Of a DNA stretch of 64,000 nucleotides, positions 9,828 to 18,847 are shown in pieces. Made by a program: the position numbers and the translations under genes. The notes under the pieces were generated by a model. That model had not been told where the DNA came from. It saw only the letters and a list, made by a program, of their open reading frames with translations, and searched no databases. Source of the stretch: an uncultured Chloroflexia bacterium (GTDB lineage Bacteria > Chloroflexota > Limnocylindria > QHBO01); contig CAWFCQ010000007.1 in assembly GCA_963814375.1 (NCBI GenBank), forward strand, positions 96,001 through 160,000, written 5' to 3'. Position 1 is the first letter of the stretch. Every line of letters starts with the position of its first letter.

Positions 9828-9846
9828 TATCTTAGCATCTAAGATA
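9828..9846. promoter_or_regulatory. Palindromic operator, probably the MarR site
   Basis: Perfect inverted repeat TATCTTAG-CAT-CTAAGATA in the AT-rich gap between the divergent MarR and ABC genes. GGAGG RBS at 9851-9855. Confidence 0.7.
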
Positions 9847-9860
9847 ATCAGGAGGCAAGA

Positions 9861-10838
9861 ATGCCAACACATGATACACGCGCTATCGAGGCCGACGGGC
9901 TGGAGAAGCGCTATCCGGGCAACGTCACTGCCCTCGACGGGCTGAGCTTCTCAGTCGAGACGGGCACGATCTTCGGCCTGCTCGGACCGAATGGAGCCGG
10001 CAAGTCGACGACCGTCAAGGTCCTCACCACCCTCTCGCGGCCGGATGCCGGCTCCGCAACCGTCGCCGGGCTCGACGTTCTCGCCGACGCGGAGCGCGTC
10101 CGTCGCGTCATTGGCACGGTTGGCCAGCGGATCGCCGTCGATCCGGAGGCCACCGGGCGCGAGAACCTGGAGCTGGCCGGTCGGCTCCACGGCCTCGGCG
10201 GGCAGCGGCTGCGCGAGCGCACCGCCGAGCTGCTCGGCCGCTTCGGACTATCTGACGCCGCGAATCGGATCGCGCGGACCTACTCCGGGGGCATGCAGCG
10301 CAAGCTGGACGTGGCGATGGGCCTCATCCATCGGCCGCGCGTCCTCTTCCTCGACGAGCCGACGACCGGCCTCGACCCCGAGGCGCGCGGCGACCTGTGG
10401 GCCGAGATCGAGCGGCTCACTCGCACCGAAGAGCTCACCATCCTGCTCACCACCCACTACCTGGAGGAGGCCGATCGGCTCGCCAGCCGGCTGGCGATCG
10501 TCGACCACGGGCGGGTGGTGGCCACCGGCTCGCCCGACGAGCTGAAGTCCGAGCTGCGTGGAGACGCGATCGTCGTCGAGCTGACCGACGGCGTCGTCGA
10601 CGAGCGGGCCATCTCCGTCCTGACGCGCGTGCCGGGCATCGGTGAGTCGCTCGTCGATGGCCGATCGCTCCGGGCGCGCGTGGATCGCGGCGCATCCGCC
10701 GTTCCGGCGGTGCTCTCGGCGCTCGAGGGAGCCGGCATCGGCGTCGCCTCCGTCACCGTGAGCCGTCCCTCGCTGGACGACGTCTACCTCCGACACACCG
10801 GCCGGTCCTTCCGGCACACCGAGGAGTCCTACGCATGA
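9861..10838 (+). CDS. ABC exporter ATP-binding subunit (DrrA-like)
   Basis: GPNGAGKST, YSGGMQRKL, LFLDEPTTGLDP, LTTHYLEEA and C-terminal RPSLDDVYL. Confidence 0.92.
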   Translation: MPTHDTRAIEADGLEKRYPGNVTALDGLSFSVETGTIFGLLGPNGAGKSTTVKVLTTLSRPDAGSATVAGLDVLADAERVRRVIGTVGQRIAVDPEATGRENLELAGRLHGLGGQRLRERTAELLGRFGLSDAANRIARTYSGGMQRKLDVAMGLIHRPRVLFLDEPTTGLDPEARGDLWAEIERLTRTEELTILLTTHYLEEADRLASRLAIVDHGRVVATGSPDELKSELRGDAIVVELTDGVVDERAISVLTRVPGIGESLVDGRSLRARVDRGASAVPAVLSALEGAGIGVASVTVSRPSLDDVYLRHTGRSFRHTEESYA

Positions 10839-11611
10839 CCGCCGTCGCGCAGTCCTACTTCATGACCCAGCGCCATGCCCGCCAGCTGCTGCGGCAGCCG
10901 TGGTTCGTGGCCATGACCCTCATCCAGCCGGTGATCTGGCTGCTCCTGTTCGGCTCGCTCTTCCGGAGCGTGACCGAGATCCCCGGCTTCGGGTCGGGCG
11001 GAACGTACCTCGACTACCTCGTGCCGGGCATCATCGTGATGACCGCGCTCATGGCGAGCGGCTGGTCCGGCATGGGCGTGATCGAGGACATCGATCGCGG
11101 CCTGCTCGACCGGTTCCTGGCCGGGCCGACGCATCGCAGCTCGCTGATCGTCGGTCGCATCGGCTACGAGGGCATCGCCCTGGTGGTCCAGGGCACGATC
11201 ATGGGGGGCCTGGCCTGGGTCCTCGGCGCCGAGTTCGCCAGCGGGCCGATCGGCTTCGTCGTGCTCCTCGGGGTCGCCATCCTGGTGGCCTTCACCTTCG
11301 CCTCATTGTCGTGCGCGATGGCGCTCACGCTGCGCCAGCGCGAATCGGTCATCGGGGTCAACACGATGCTGACGCTGCCGCTCACGTTCCTGTCGGCCGC
11401 ATTCCTGCCGCTCGCGCTCGCGCCCGATTGGATCGAGACGGCCGCGACCTACAACCCGATCAACTGGGCGGTGGAGGCCGGCCGTGAGGCGCTGCTGGCG
11501 AACCCCGACTGGTCGTTGATCCTGCCGCGCGTCGGCGGGCTGCTCGTCGTGGCCCTTCTCTGCGTGGCACTTGCCACTGCCGCGTTCCGCAGCTATCAGC
11601 GCTCGGCTTGA
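10835..11611 (+). CDS. ABC-2 type permease (DrrB-like)
   Basis: Six TM segments, YLDYLVPGI and NPINWAVEA. ATGA overlap with the ATPase. Confidence 0.9.
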   Translation: MTAVAQSYFMTQRHARQLLRQPWFVAMTLIQPVIWLLLFGSLFRSVTEIPGFGSGGTYLDYLVPGIIVMTALMASGWSGMGVIEDIDRGLLDRFLAGPTHRSSLIVGRIGYEGIALVVQGTIMGGLAWVLGAEFASGPIGFVVLLGVAILVAFTFASLSCAMALTLRQRESVIGVNTMLTLPLTFLSAAFLPLALAPDWIETAATYNPINWAVEAGREALLANPDWSLILPRVGGLLVVALLCVALATAAFRSYQRSA

Positions 11612-11614
11612 GCG

Positions 11615-12646
11615 TCAGCGCGGGGGCGGCAGGAGCTGGCCGAATCGGTCCGGATCTGCGGCGACCGCCGACTGGATGGCGTTCAGCGCCGCGCCCTTGC
11701 GCAGGTTGTCGCTGCTGATCCAGAGCGCGAAGCCGCGCTCACGACCCGGGATGGCGCGCAGGCGGCCGGCGAGGACCGGGTCGCGGCCCTCGACGTCGAG
11801 GGGCATCGGGTGGCGCTCGGTTCCGTCCGCCGGCCGGTACTCGAGCCCAGGCGCCTCGCGCAGGGCCGCCTCGAGCGCGTCGACGGTCGTGTCGCGCTCC
11901 GTCCGGATGTGGAGCGCGACTGAGTGGCCGGTATGGACCGGAACACGCACCGTCGTCGCCGCGACGTCGAGCGAGGGCATCTCGAGGATCTTGCGCAGCT
12001 CCGCGTGGATCTTCCTCTCCTCGCCGCTCCAGCCGGTCTCGTCGAGGACGTCGATCTGCGGAACGACCGAGTCGGCAATGCGCCCGTGGAACGGCGACCC
12101 GTCCGCCTGGTCGCGGTGGTCCGTGCCGCGCTCGGCGTCGAATGCGTCGACGCCCTTGCGGCCCGCTCCGCTGACCGCCTGGTAGCTGGCGAGGTCGACC
12201 GACTCCAGCCCGGCCAGGTCCCGGATCGGCGCGAGGGCCACGACGGCCGCGGCGGTCGTGCAGTTCGGGTTGGCGATGAGGTTGCCGCCTCGGTCGCGCG
12301 CCGCGTGGGCGTTCGCCTCGGGCACGACCAGCGGCACGTCATCGGCCAGGCGGAAGGCGCTCGAGTTGTCGACCACCAGCGGGGCCGATCGTCCCGGCCC
12401 GGCCATGATCTCGCGGCTGTGGGCCGCGTCGACCGCCAGGAAGAGGACGTCGAGCTCACCGGCGCGCTCGTCGGTCAGGACGTGGACCGGCACCGACTCG
12501 CCGGCGTACGCCAGCTCGTGGCCCTCCTCGTGCCCGAAGGCGCGAAGGCAGGCCGCCGGCAGACCGGCATCGGCGAGGATGGAGCAGAAGACGCCGCCCA
12601 CCACGCCCCGAGCCCCCGCAACTCCGACCGTCGGCCACCCGTCCAT
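11615..12646 (-). CDS. asd: Aspartate-semialdehyde dehydrogenase
   Basis: VVDNSSAFRL, IANPNCTT (catalytic Cys), SYQAVSGAG, VRVPVHTGHS and DNLRKGAALNA. Confidence 0.93.
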   Translation of the reverse strand: MDGWPTVGVAGARGVVGGVFCSILADAGLPAACLRAFGHEEGHELAYAGESVPVHVLTDERAGELDVLFLAVDAAHSREIMAGPGRSAPLVVDNSSAFRLADDVPLVVPEANAHAARDRGGNLIANPNCTTAAAVVALAPIRDLAGLESVDLASYQAVSGAGRKGVDAFDAERGTDHRDQADGSPFHGRIADSVVPQIDVLDETGWSGEERKIHAELRKILEMPSLDVAATTVRVPVHTGHSVALHIRTERDTTVDALEAALREAPGLEYRPADGTERHPMPLDVEGRDPVLAGRLRAIPGRERGFALWISSDNLRKGAALNAIQSAVAADPDRFGQLLPPPR

Positions 12647-12732
12647 GCGGGGACCTTACCCGATGCGCCGCTCGGGCACGACGAGTGCAGGAATCGTTGC
12701 AGCCAACACCGCCCATTCCTCTAGAGGAGCCG

Positions 12733-13579
12733 ATGCGCGAGCGCGAGGGATTCCCAGCCGGCGTACCGTCCTGGATCGATCTCGAATCGTCCGACCCCGC
12801 CGAGTCAGCCCGCTTCTATGCCGGCCTCTTCGGATGGCACGTTGATGACCGCACACCGACGGGCGCACCCGGCACCTACTCGGTCGCGACCATTGACGGC
12901 CGCGAGGTCGCGGCGATCCGCTCGGCTGGGCCGGCTTCCACGAAGCCGCCGTCGTGGAGCACCTGCATCGGTGTCGACGACGCTGATGCCGCAGTCATCC
13001 GGGTCCGCGACGCCGGCGGGACGGTGGTCTCCGAGCCAACCGCCATCGGCGATCTGGGACGAGAGGTGGCCTGCATCGATCCATCCGGTGCTCGTTTCCG
13101 CCTCTGGGAGCCGGGCTCGCTGAAGGGCGCGGCATCCGTGAACGCGCCAGGCACCTGGAACTTCAGCGAGCTGAAGACCGGTGACGCCGTGGGCGCTTCC
13201 CGGTTCTACGGCGCGGTCTTCGGCTGGCAGGTCGACGAGGTCGAGATGGGCGCCTATTCCGGGACGATGGTGCGACTGCCCGGCTACGCCGACTTCCTCG
13301 AGCAGTTCGACCCGGGCATTCGGAAACGGCACGCGGACTTCGGAGCCCCGCCGGGATTCAGCGAGTGCATCGCCTGGATCCTCCCGCTCGAGGACGGCGA
13401 ATCGCCTCACTGGAACGTCGCCTTCGCCGTCGCCGATGTCGATGCGCTAGCTGCCACGGCGCGCGAGCTGGGCGGCACGGTCGTCGTCGAGCCATTCGAC
13501 GTCGCCGCCGGTGCGCAGCACCGTGCTCACGGACCCGCACGGAGCGCGCTTCTCCGCCAGCGCCTTCAACCCGGGCTGA
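12733..13579 (+). CDS. Two-domain VOC/glyoxalase family protein; apparent +1 frameshift near 13504
   Basis: GAGGAG RBS; GVPSWIDL, FYAGLFGW, DPSGARFRLWE and FYGAVFGW. After +1 correction the C-terminus reads PPVRSTVLTDPHGARFSASAFNPG-stop at 13579. Confidence 0.8.
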
Positions 13580-13587
13580 GCGGACGG

Positions 13588-14502
13588 TCAGCGCGAGCCG
13601 AACAGGATCGGACGCTCGCCGGCGACCAGGCGGGCCAGGTCGGCGTAGACGGCCGCCGCAGTGACTCGTCCCCCGGCTCCCGGGCCGGAGACCCGGAAGG
13701 TCGCGCCGTCGCCGGTCGTTATCTCGAGCACGCTCTCGACCCCGGTGGCGCCGGCCATCGGGTCGTCGGGCGCGAGGTTCACCGGCTTGACAGTGCGCGA
13801 CTCCGGCGTCGCCTCGGCGACGAGGCGGATCGTCTGCCCCGGCTCGACCGCAAGGCTCGCGATCCCGTGGGCGACCACGTCGGCCTCGGGGCGCCACCGG
13901 CCCCACGCGACGCTCGCCAGGATGGCCAGCTTCTGCGCGGCGTCGCGGCCGTCGACGTCGAAGCTCGGATCCGCCTCCGCGTAGCCCGCCTCCTGAGCTT
14001 CGCGCAATGCCTCGTCATACGAGCGACCATCGCCCATCGCCGAGAGGATGTAGGTGGTCGTCGCGTTGACCACGCCGCGGATCCGCTCGATCGTGCCGGT
14101 GGCCGCGAGGTGCTGCACCGTCTCGATCATCGGCGTGCCGCCGCCGACGCTGGCGCTGGCGAGGAGCGCCGCCACGCGCCGCTCGGCGAGCTCGGCCAGC
14201 TCGCCCCCATGCGTCGCGAGCAGCGCCTTGTTGGCGGTGACGTACGGGGCTCCGCGATCGAGCGTGGCGCGCGCCCAGGCGAGCGGACCCTCCAGGCCTC
14301 CCGCCAGCTCGACCACGATGTCGTCGCCCAACGCGTCGTCCGGCTCGACGAGGTCGACGTCGACGGGGAGGCCGGCACGCCTTCTGTCGCGGACCGCGAC
14401 GTGCGCGAGCTCAAGTGGCAGCGGACCAGACTCGACCAGCGCACCGAGCGCGGAGCCGACCGTTCCCCATCCGATCAGCCCGATCCGCAGCAGGTCGCTC
14501 AT
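13588..14502 (-). CDS. hom: Homoserine dehydrogenase (short form, no ACT domain)
   Basis: IGLIGWGTVG, YVTANKALLA, ASVGGGTP, GYAEADPSFDVDGRDAAQKLAILA and GPGAGGRVTA. Confidence 0.88.
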   Translation of the reverse strand: MSDLLRIGLIGWGTVGSALGALVESGPLPLELAHVAVRDRRRAGLPVDVDLVEPDDALGDDIVVELAGGLEGPLAWARATLDRGAPYVTANKALLATHGGELAELAERRVAALLASASVGGGTPMIETVQHLAATGTIERIRGVVNATTTYILSAMGDGRSYDEALREAQEAGYAEADPSFDVDGRDAAQKLAILASVAWGRWRPEADVVAHGIASLAVEPGQTIRLVAEATPESRTVKPVNLAPDDPMAGATGVESVLEITTGDGATFRVSGPGAGGRVTAAAVYADLARLVAGERPILFGSR

Positions 14503-14527
14503 CGGCACCGAGTCTATACTCGCCGGC

Positions 14528-14863
14528 GTGGGAGCCACCGAGACCGTCGATCTCTTCTTCGAGCTGATCAACGACGATCACCGCGAGAAGGCGATCGAGC
14601 TGTTCGCCGAGCACGCTGTTCTCGGCGTAAGTGTCCCCGGATCCGATGAGCGCACGAACCTTCGCGGCCGCGACAAGGTCGGCGGCTGGTTCGTCCGGGC
14701 CGGCGACGGCTTTCGGATGTTCACCAACGACAGCCGCAACATGGGCGCCAGCTACATCGCCGACGTGACGGTCATCCGTCCCGGCATCCAGCCGATGCAC
14801 GTCGAGGCGAACTTCCGCGTCGAGAACGGCGAGATCGTCGCCCTCTTCCTCCAGCCGGCCTAG
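14528..14863 (+). CDS. NTF2-like / SnoaL-like small protein
   Basis: 111-aa ORF (VGATETVDLFFELIND...LRGRDKV...FRVENGEIVAL) with an NTF2-type pattern. TATACT 7 nt upstream of the GTG. Confidence 0.65.
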   Translation: MGATETVDLFFELINDDHREKAIELFAEHAVLGVSVPGSDERTNLRGRDKVGGWFVRAGDGFRMFTNDSRNMGASYIADVTVIRPGIQPMHVEANFRVENGEIVALFLQPA

Positions 14864-15612
14864 GGAAACAGGTCCCGCTCGCGCTCCATCACCAGGACCG
14901 ATGCGCCCGCGTCCGACGGGCGCCACTCGTAGCCCCGCACGAGCACCACCGGTCGCTGCTCGACCTTGCCTCCTGCCAGATCCGCCGCCGACGCAAGCTC
15001 GTCGGCGATGGCGATGACGGTCGCCTGCATCGGGCGTCCGGCGGCATCGGCTGAGCCACGCAGGTCGAGCAGCGCCTCGATCCCCGCTGATCCCACCGCC
15101 ACGTTCACGATCCCGTTGCGCCACGGGCGGCCGAACGAGTCGCTGACAACGATGGCCGGCGAGACCCCCAGCCGCCGGCGAAGACCCTCACGGATGCCCG
15201 ATGCCGACGCGTCCGGATCGAGCGGAAGCAGTGACGCGACCTCGCCGCCACCGACGTTCGAGACGTCGACCCCGGCGTTGGCGCACACGAACCCGTGTCG
15301 GGTGCGGCTGATGATCAGGCCACCCGGCGCCATGCGCACGATCTCGGCCGACTCGCGCAGGACGAGCTCGACCTGCCGTGGGTCCTTGTCCCAGCGCGCG
15401 GCCCAGTCGCGTGCCATCGGCGATGGCTCGACCGAGTCCAGCTCGACGAGCCGATCCTCCGCCTTCGAGACGACCTTCTGGGTGACGACCAGCACGTCGG
15501 CATCGGTGAGTGACAGGTCGGCCGCGGCAGCCGCGATGAGCCCGGCGATATCGTCGCCTGGTGAGACTTCCGGAATGCCCTCGAGCGCGATCAGCTCGAG
15601 GCGGGCCGTCAC
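14860..15612 (-). CDS. cofE: Coenzyme F420-0:L-glutamate ligase
   Basis: GIPEVSPGDD, VVTQKVVSKAE, GFVCANAGVDVSN, SDSFGRPWR and IADELASAADL. Confidence 0.93.
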   Translation of the reverse strand: MTARLELIALEGIPEVSPGDDIAGLIAAAAADLSLTDADVLVVTQKVVSKAEDRLVELDSVEPSPMARDWAARWDKDPRQVELVLRESAEIVRMAPGGLIISRTRHGFVCANAGVDVSNVGGGEVASLLPLDPDASASGIREGLRRRLGVSPAIVVSDSFGRPWRNGIVNVAVGSAGIEALLDLRGSADAAGRPMQATVIAIADELASAADLAGGKVEQRPVVLVRGYEWRPSDAGASVLVMERERDLFP

Positions 15613-16211
15613 GCGGCGTCCCCGAGCTCGAGCCAGCGAGCCAGGTCCGCGGGCGTGTCGAGGTCGAAGGCCAGCCCGGCGCGGTTGACGGCGACGAGCG
15701 GGACGCCGGTCTGCTCGACCTCGGCGACATGCAGCGCGAAGCTGCCGGTGCCGAAGCGGAACGGGATGACGCCCGGCGGGCGGAGCACGAGCGCGTTCGT
15801 GCCGGTCCCGGCCCGGTCGGGGGCGATGGCGACGCCCGGCGAACCATCGGTCGGGAGGGCGCCGATCAGCGTGCGCACATCGTCGGGCTGGAGGTTCGGG
15901 AGGTCGCCGTGGAGCACGACCAGGGTCCGGATGTCGTCGACGAGCGCGTCGAATCGAGCCTGGTCGAGGCCCTCGTTGAGGCCCATGCCGCGCTGGACCA
16001 CGAGCCGCGCGCCCGAGGGCTCCACGACCTCGATCAGCGGGCGCGACGGCGAGATCACGACCACGTCATCGGCCACCTCGCGTGCCACGCGCAGGACGCG
16101 CTGGAGCAGCTGGCTGGCGAGAAACATCCGCTCGTCGGGGCTCAGGGACGTGGCGAGGCGGGTCTTCGCCGCCTCGAGCCCCCGATGCGGGACGATGATC
16201 CGGGCGGACAC
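15609..16211 (-). CDS. cofC: 2-phospho-L-lactate/phosphoenolpyruvate guanylyltransferase
   Basis: AKTRLA, GLNEGL, HGDLP, APDRAGTGTNAL, FGTGSFALH and DLDTPADL. GTG start at 16211. Confidence 0.92.
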   Translation of the reverse strand: MSARIIVPHRGLEAAKTRLATSLSPDERMFLASQLLQRVLRVAREVADDVVVISPSRPLIEVVEPSGARLVVQRGMGLNEGLDQARFDALVDDIRTLVVLHGDLPNLQPDDVRTLIGALPTDGSPGVAIAPDRAGTGTNALVLRPPGVIPFRFGTGSFALHVAEVEQTGVPLVAVNRAGLAFDLDTPADLARWLELGDAA

Positions 16212-16246
16212 CCGAGCAGGATATCGCGATCGTCGCCCGGGGTCTG

Positions 16247-17170
16247 CTACCCCGCCTCCCCGATGAGCGCCTCGGCGAGCGCCGCACGATCGGCGTCGCT
16301 GCGCATGACGGTCGGAAGGACCGATACCGACATCGCCAGCTCGGCTTCGATGGCTGGCGCGAGAGCGGCATCGGTCTCGTCGACGACGAAGCGATCCACG
16401 AGGCCGTCGTACTCGCGTGCCACGCCGAGCGCCGTCGGCTCGAGGCCCAGCGACGCCATCATTCGGTCGGCGGGCCCCTTGAGCGCCTTGCCGCCGACGA
16501 TCGGGCTGACCGCAATCCGGTCGGCGGCGGCCGCGACCGCCTCCCGGACGCCCGGGAGGGAGAGGATCGGCCCGATGCTCACGATCGGGTTGGATGGGCC
16601 GATGACCAGCAGCTCGGCGTCGGCGATGGCGTCGAGCACGTCCGCAGTCGGCTTGGCGTCGCCCGAGAAGCTCACGGCGCGGACCTCCGGCTGCTGGCGG
16701 CGCCGCACGAAGTAGTCCTGGAACTCGAGCCGGCCCTCGTCGGTGTCGAGCAGCGTGCGGTACTCGTCGTCGGTGCAGGGGAGGATCCGGGCGGTGATGC
16801 CAAGCGCCTGCGCCATTGCCGCGGTCGCATCGGTCAGGCTTTTGCCCTCTTCGCGCAGCAGGCGGGCTCGGTGGGCGTGCGTGGCCAGGTCGGCGTCGCC
16901 GACCGTGAACCATGTCTGGTCGCCGTAGCGCTCGAACATGGCGTGCGCCCGGAAGGTGTCATCGCGGATCCCCCATCCGCGTTCGGCGTCGATGAGCCCT
17001 GACAGCGTGTAGAGGAGGGCATCGATGTCCGGGCAGACGAGCAGACCGTGAACCTCGGCGTCGTCGGCCACGTTGGCGATCACCGTCAGCTCGACGCGCT
17101 CGCCGAGGAGCGCAAAGCCGTGGGCCAGCTTCGTGCCGCCCGTGCCGCCGGCCAATACGGTGACCTTCAT
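16247..17170 (-). CDS. cofD: 2-phospho-L-lactate transferase
   Basis: LAGGTGGTKL, NVADD...GLLVCPDID, FQDYFVR, IGPSNPIVSIGPIL and VSPIVGGKALKGPADRMM. Confidence 0.93.
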   Translation of the reverse strand: MKVTVLAGGTGGTKLAHGFALLGERVELTVIANVADDAEVHGLLVCPDIDALLYTLSGLIDAERGWGIRDDTFRAHAMFERYGDQTWFTVGDADLATHAHRARLLREEGKSLTDATAAMAQALGITARILPCTDDEYRTLLDTDEGRLEFQDYFVRRRQQPEVRAVSFSGDAKPTADVLDAIADAELLVIGPSNPIVSIGPILSLPGVREAVAAAADRIAVSPIVGGKALKGPADRMMASLGLEPTALGVAREYDGLVDRFVVDETDAALAPAIEAELAMSVSVLPTVMRSDADRAALAEALIGEAG

Positions 17171-17212
17171 CGGGTCATTCTGCGGCGATTGGCTTGAGTG
17201 GCGGCACTCATT

Positions 17213-17390
17213 CGCGAAGTGTCGTGAGGACTCCACCAGAAGCCGAGCTCGGGAGCGGTTCTCACGATCTATCGCGGGCACGCACGCATGAGGCGCGCCT
17301 CCGGGTGACGCTCAGGCATACCAGGTCACGAAAGATCGCGGGAACACAGCCCCGAAACGCCGACTTGTGAAGATGGCGCGATAGATCGCG
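17213..17390. repeat. Cluster of degenerate inverted/direct repeats (REP-like)
   Basis: CGATCTATCGCG (17265-17276) is the exact reverse complement of 17377-17388. Related copies lie at 17213-17228 and 17326-17340. Confidence 0.5.
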
Positions 17391-17395
17391 GAGGG

Positions 17396-18334
17396 CTAGG
17401 CGGCCTCGAGGGCTGGCTTGACCTCTGTGATGAGGCGCTCCATCGACTCGGCGTCATAGGGCGACGGGAAGCCGACGATGAAGTGGCGGAATCCGATGCC
17501 CAGGAACGGCCGCATCTTCTCGACGACCTGCTCCGGCGTCCCGACCATCTGGTTCTGCCACTCGTCGGCGTTGCCGTTTCGCTCGAACATCGCGGTGTTG
17601 ACGCGGGCGGCCTCGGCCGGGTCGTCGCGGATGATGCAGACCCCCATTCCGACGGTGCGCTCGATCTCCGACTCGTCGCGACCGACGTCCTCGCAATGGC
17701 GCCGCAGGATCTCGTCCTTGTGCTTAACGCTCTCGAACCCGCCGCCGAGATTGCAGGCGTCGGCCCACTGGGCGACGATCCGGAGCGTCTTCTTCTCTCC
17801 TCCGCCGCCGACGAGGATCGGCAGGTGCTCCTGGATCGGCCGCGGCTCGTTCAGCGCCTCGTGCGCCGAGTAGTAACGCGAGCCGGACGGCTTCGTGCCG
17901 TCGAGCATGCCCCGCATGATCGGCACCGCTTCGGCCAGCCAGCGCAGTCGCTCTCCGGGTGAGCCGCCGAACTCGATGCCGAGGCCACGGTGCTCGGTCT
18001 CGAACCAGGCGCCGCCGATGCCGAGGATCGCGCGTCCGCCGCTGATGTGGTCGAGCGTCGTCACCATCTTCGCGACCAGCGCCGGGTTGCGGAACGTGTT
18101 GGCGCCGACCATCAGGCCCAGCGTCGCGCGCTCGGTGGCCTCGGCCCAGGCAGCGAGCGTCATCCAGCCGTCGAGGATCGGGCCGCGGTGGTCGCCGACG
18201 ATCGGGTACAGGTGATCCCACGTCCAGACCGAATCGAAGCCCAGCCGATCGGCCCGAATGCCAGCCTCGCGGACCGCCGGCCAGTCGGTGTACTGCGCCC
18301 AGCAGTTCGCGCCGAGCTTCACCGCATCAGTCAT
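17396..18334 (-). CDS. LLM-class (probably F420-dependent) oxidoreductase
   Basis: GFDSVWTWDHLYP, FRNPALVAKMVTTLDHISGGRAILGIGGAW and ILVGGGGEKKTLRIVA. Directly upstream of cofD. Confidence 0.88.
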   Translation of the reverse strand: MTDAVKLGANCWAQYTDWPAVREAGIRADRLGFDSVWTWDHLYPIVGDHRGPILDGWMTLAAWAEATERATLGLMVGANTFRNPALVAKMVTTLDHISGGRAILGIGGAWFETEHRGLGIEFGGSPGERLRWLAEAVPIMRGMLDGTKPSGSRYYSAHEALNEPRPIQEHLPILVGGGGEKKTLRIVAQWADACNLGGGFESVKHKDEILRRHCEDVGRDESEIERTVGMGVCIIRDDPAEAARVNTAMFERNGNADEWQNQMVGTPEQVVEKMRPFLGIGFRHFIVGFPSPYDAESMERLITEVKPALEAA

Positions 18335-18743
18335 GGCGGATCACCTTCTCGACGCGCATCCGGATGATGACCCGCTCCTGTCCGTCGTAGCGACCGGGAT
18401 CGGCCTCGTAGCGAACGGCCAGTGCACGAATGCCGGCAAGAGCCCGGTCGAAATCGGCGTCCAGGGTCACGGTCCCCCGCAGCGCCGCCCACTTCAGGCC
18501 ATCCTCGAACAGGAGGCTCACGCGCGGATCGGCCTGCAGCTGCCGGTACTTGAGCCGGCGCACCATGGTGTTCATGACGATGACGTCGGCCTCGTCGGGA
18601 TCGAGGTCGAACCACATCACGGACTGGCTCGGCGGCCCGTCGGCGCTGTTCACGGCCAGGACGGGATGGCGCAGCTCGGCGATGAGCCAGGCGCGGAGGT
18701 CATCGGTCAGGACGGCGTCGACCGTCAGGGCGGGATCACTCAC
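18327..18743 (-). CDS. PPOX-class (split beta-barrel) F420-dependent oxidoreductase
   Basis: NSADGPPSQSVMWF, KYRQLQADPRVSL, ALRGTV and ERVIIR. Confidence 0.82.
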   Translation of the reverse strand: MSDPALTVDAVLTDDLRAWLIAELRHPVLAVNSADGPPSQSVMWFDLDPDEADVIVMNTMVRRLKYRQLQADPRVSLLFEDGLKWAALRGTVTLDADFDRALAGIRALAVRYEADPGRYDGQERVIIRMRVEKVIRHD

Positions 18744-18847
18744 GGGGTCGCTCCTCGATCGAAGGACGGGACCGATTCGGCATCGGTAGCGCCGGGTCGG
18801 TCGCGACTGGGCGCTCTGTTTTCCAGTCTAGCCCTAGACTCGAGAGC

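Noticed and set aside
12685-14649. Apparent 654-aa VOC fusion protein
   Set aside because: An artefact of the +1 frameshift near 13504. The tail is the antisense of hom, and the true VOC end is at 13579.
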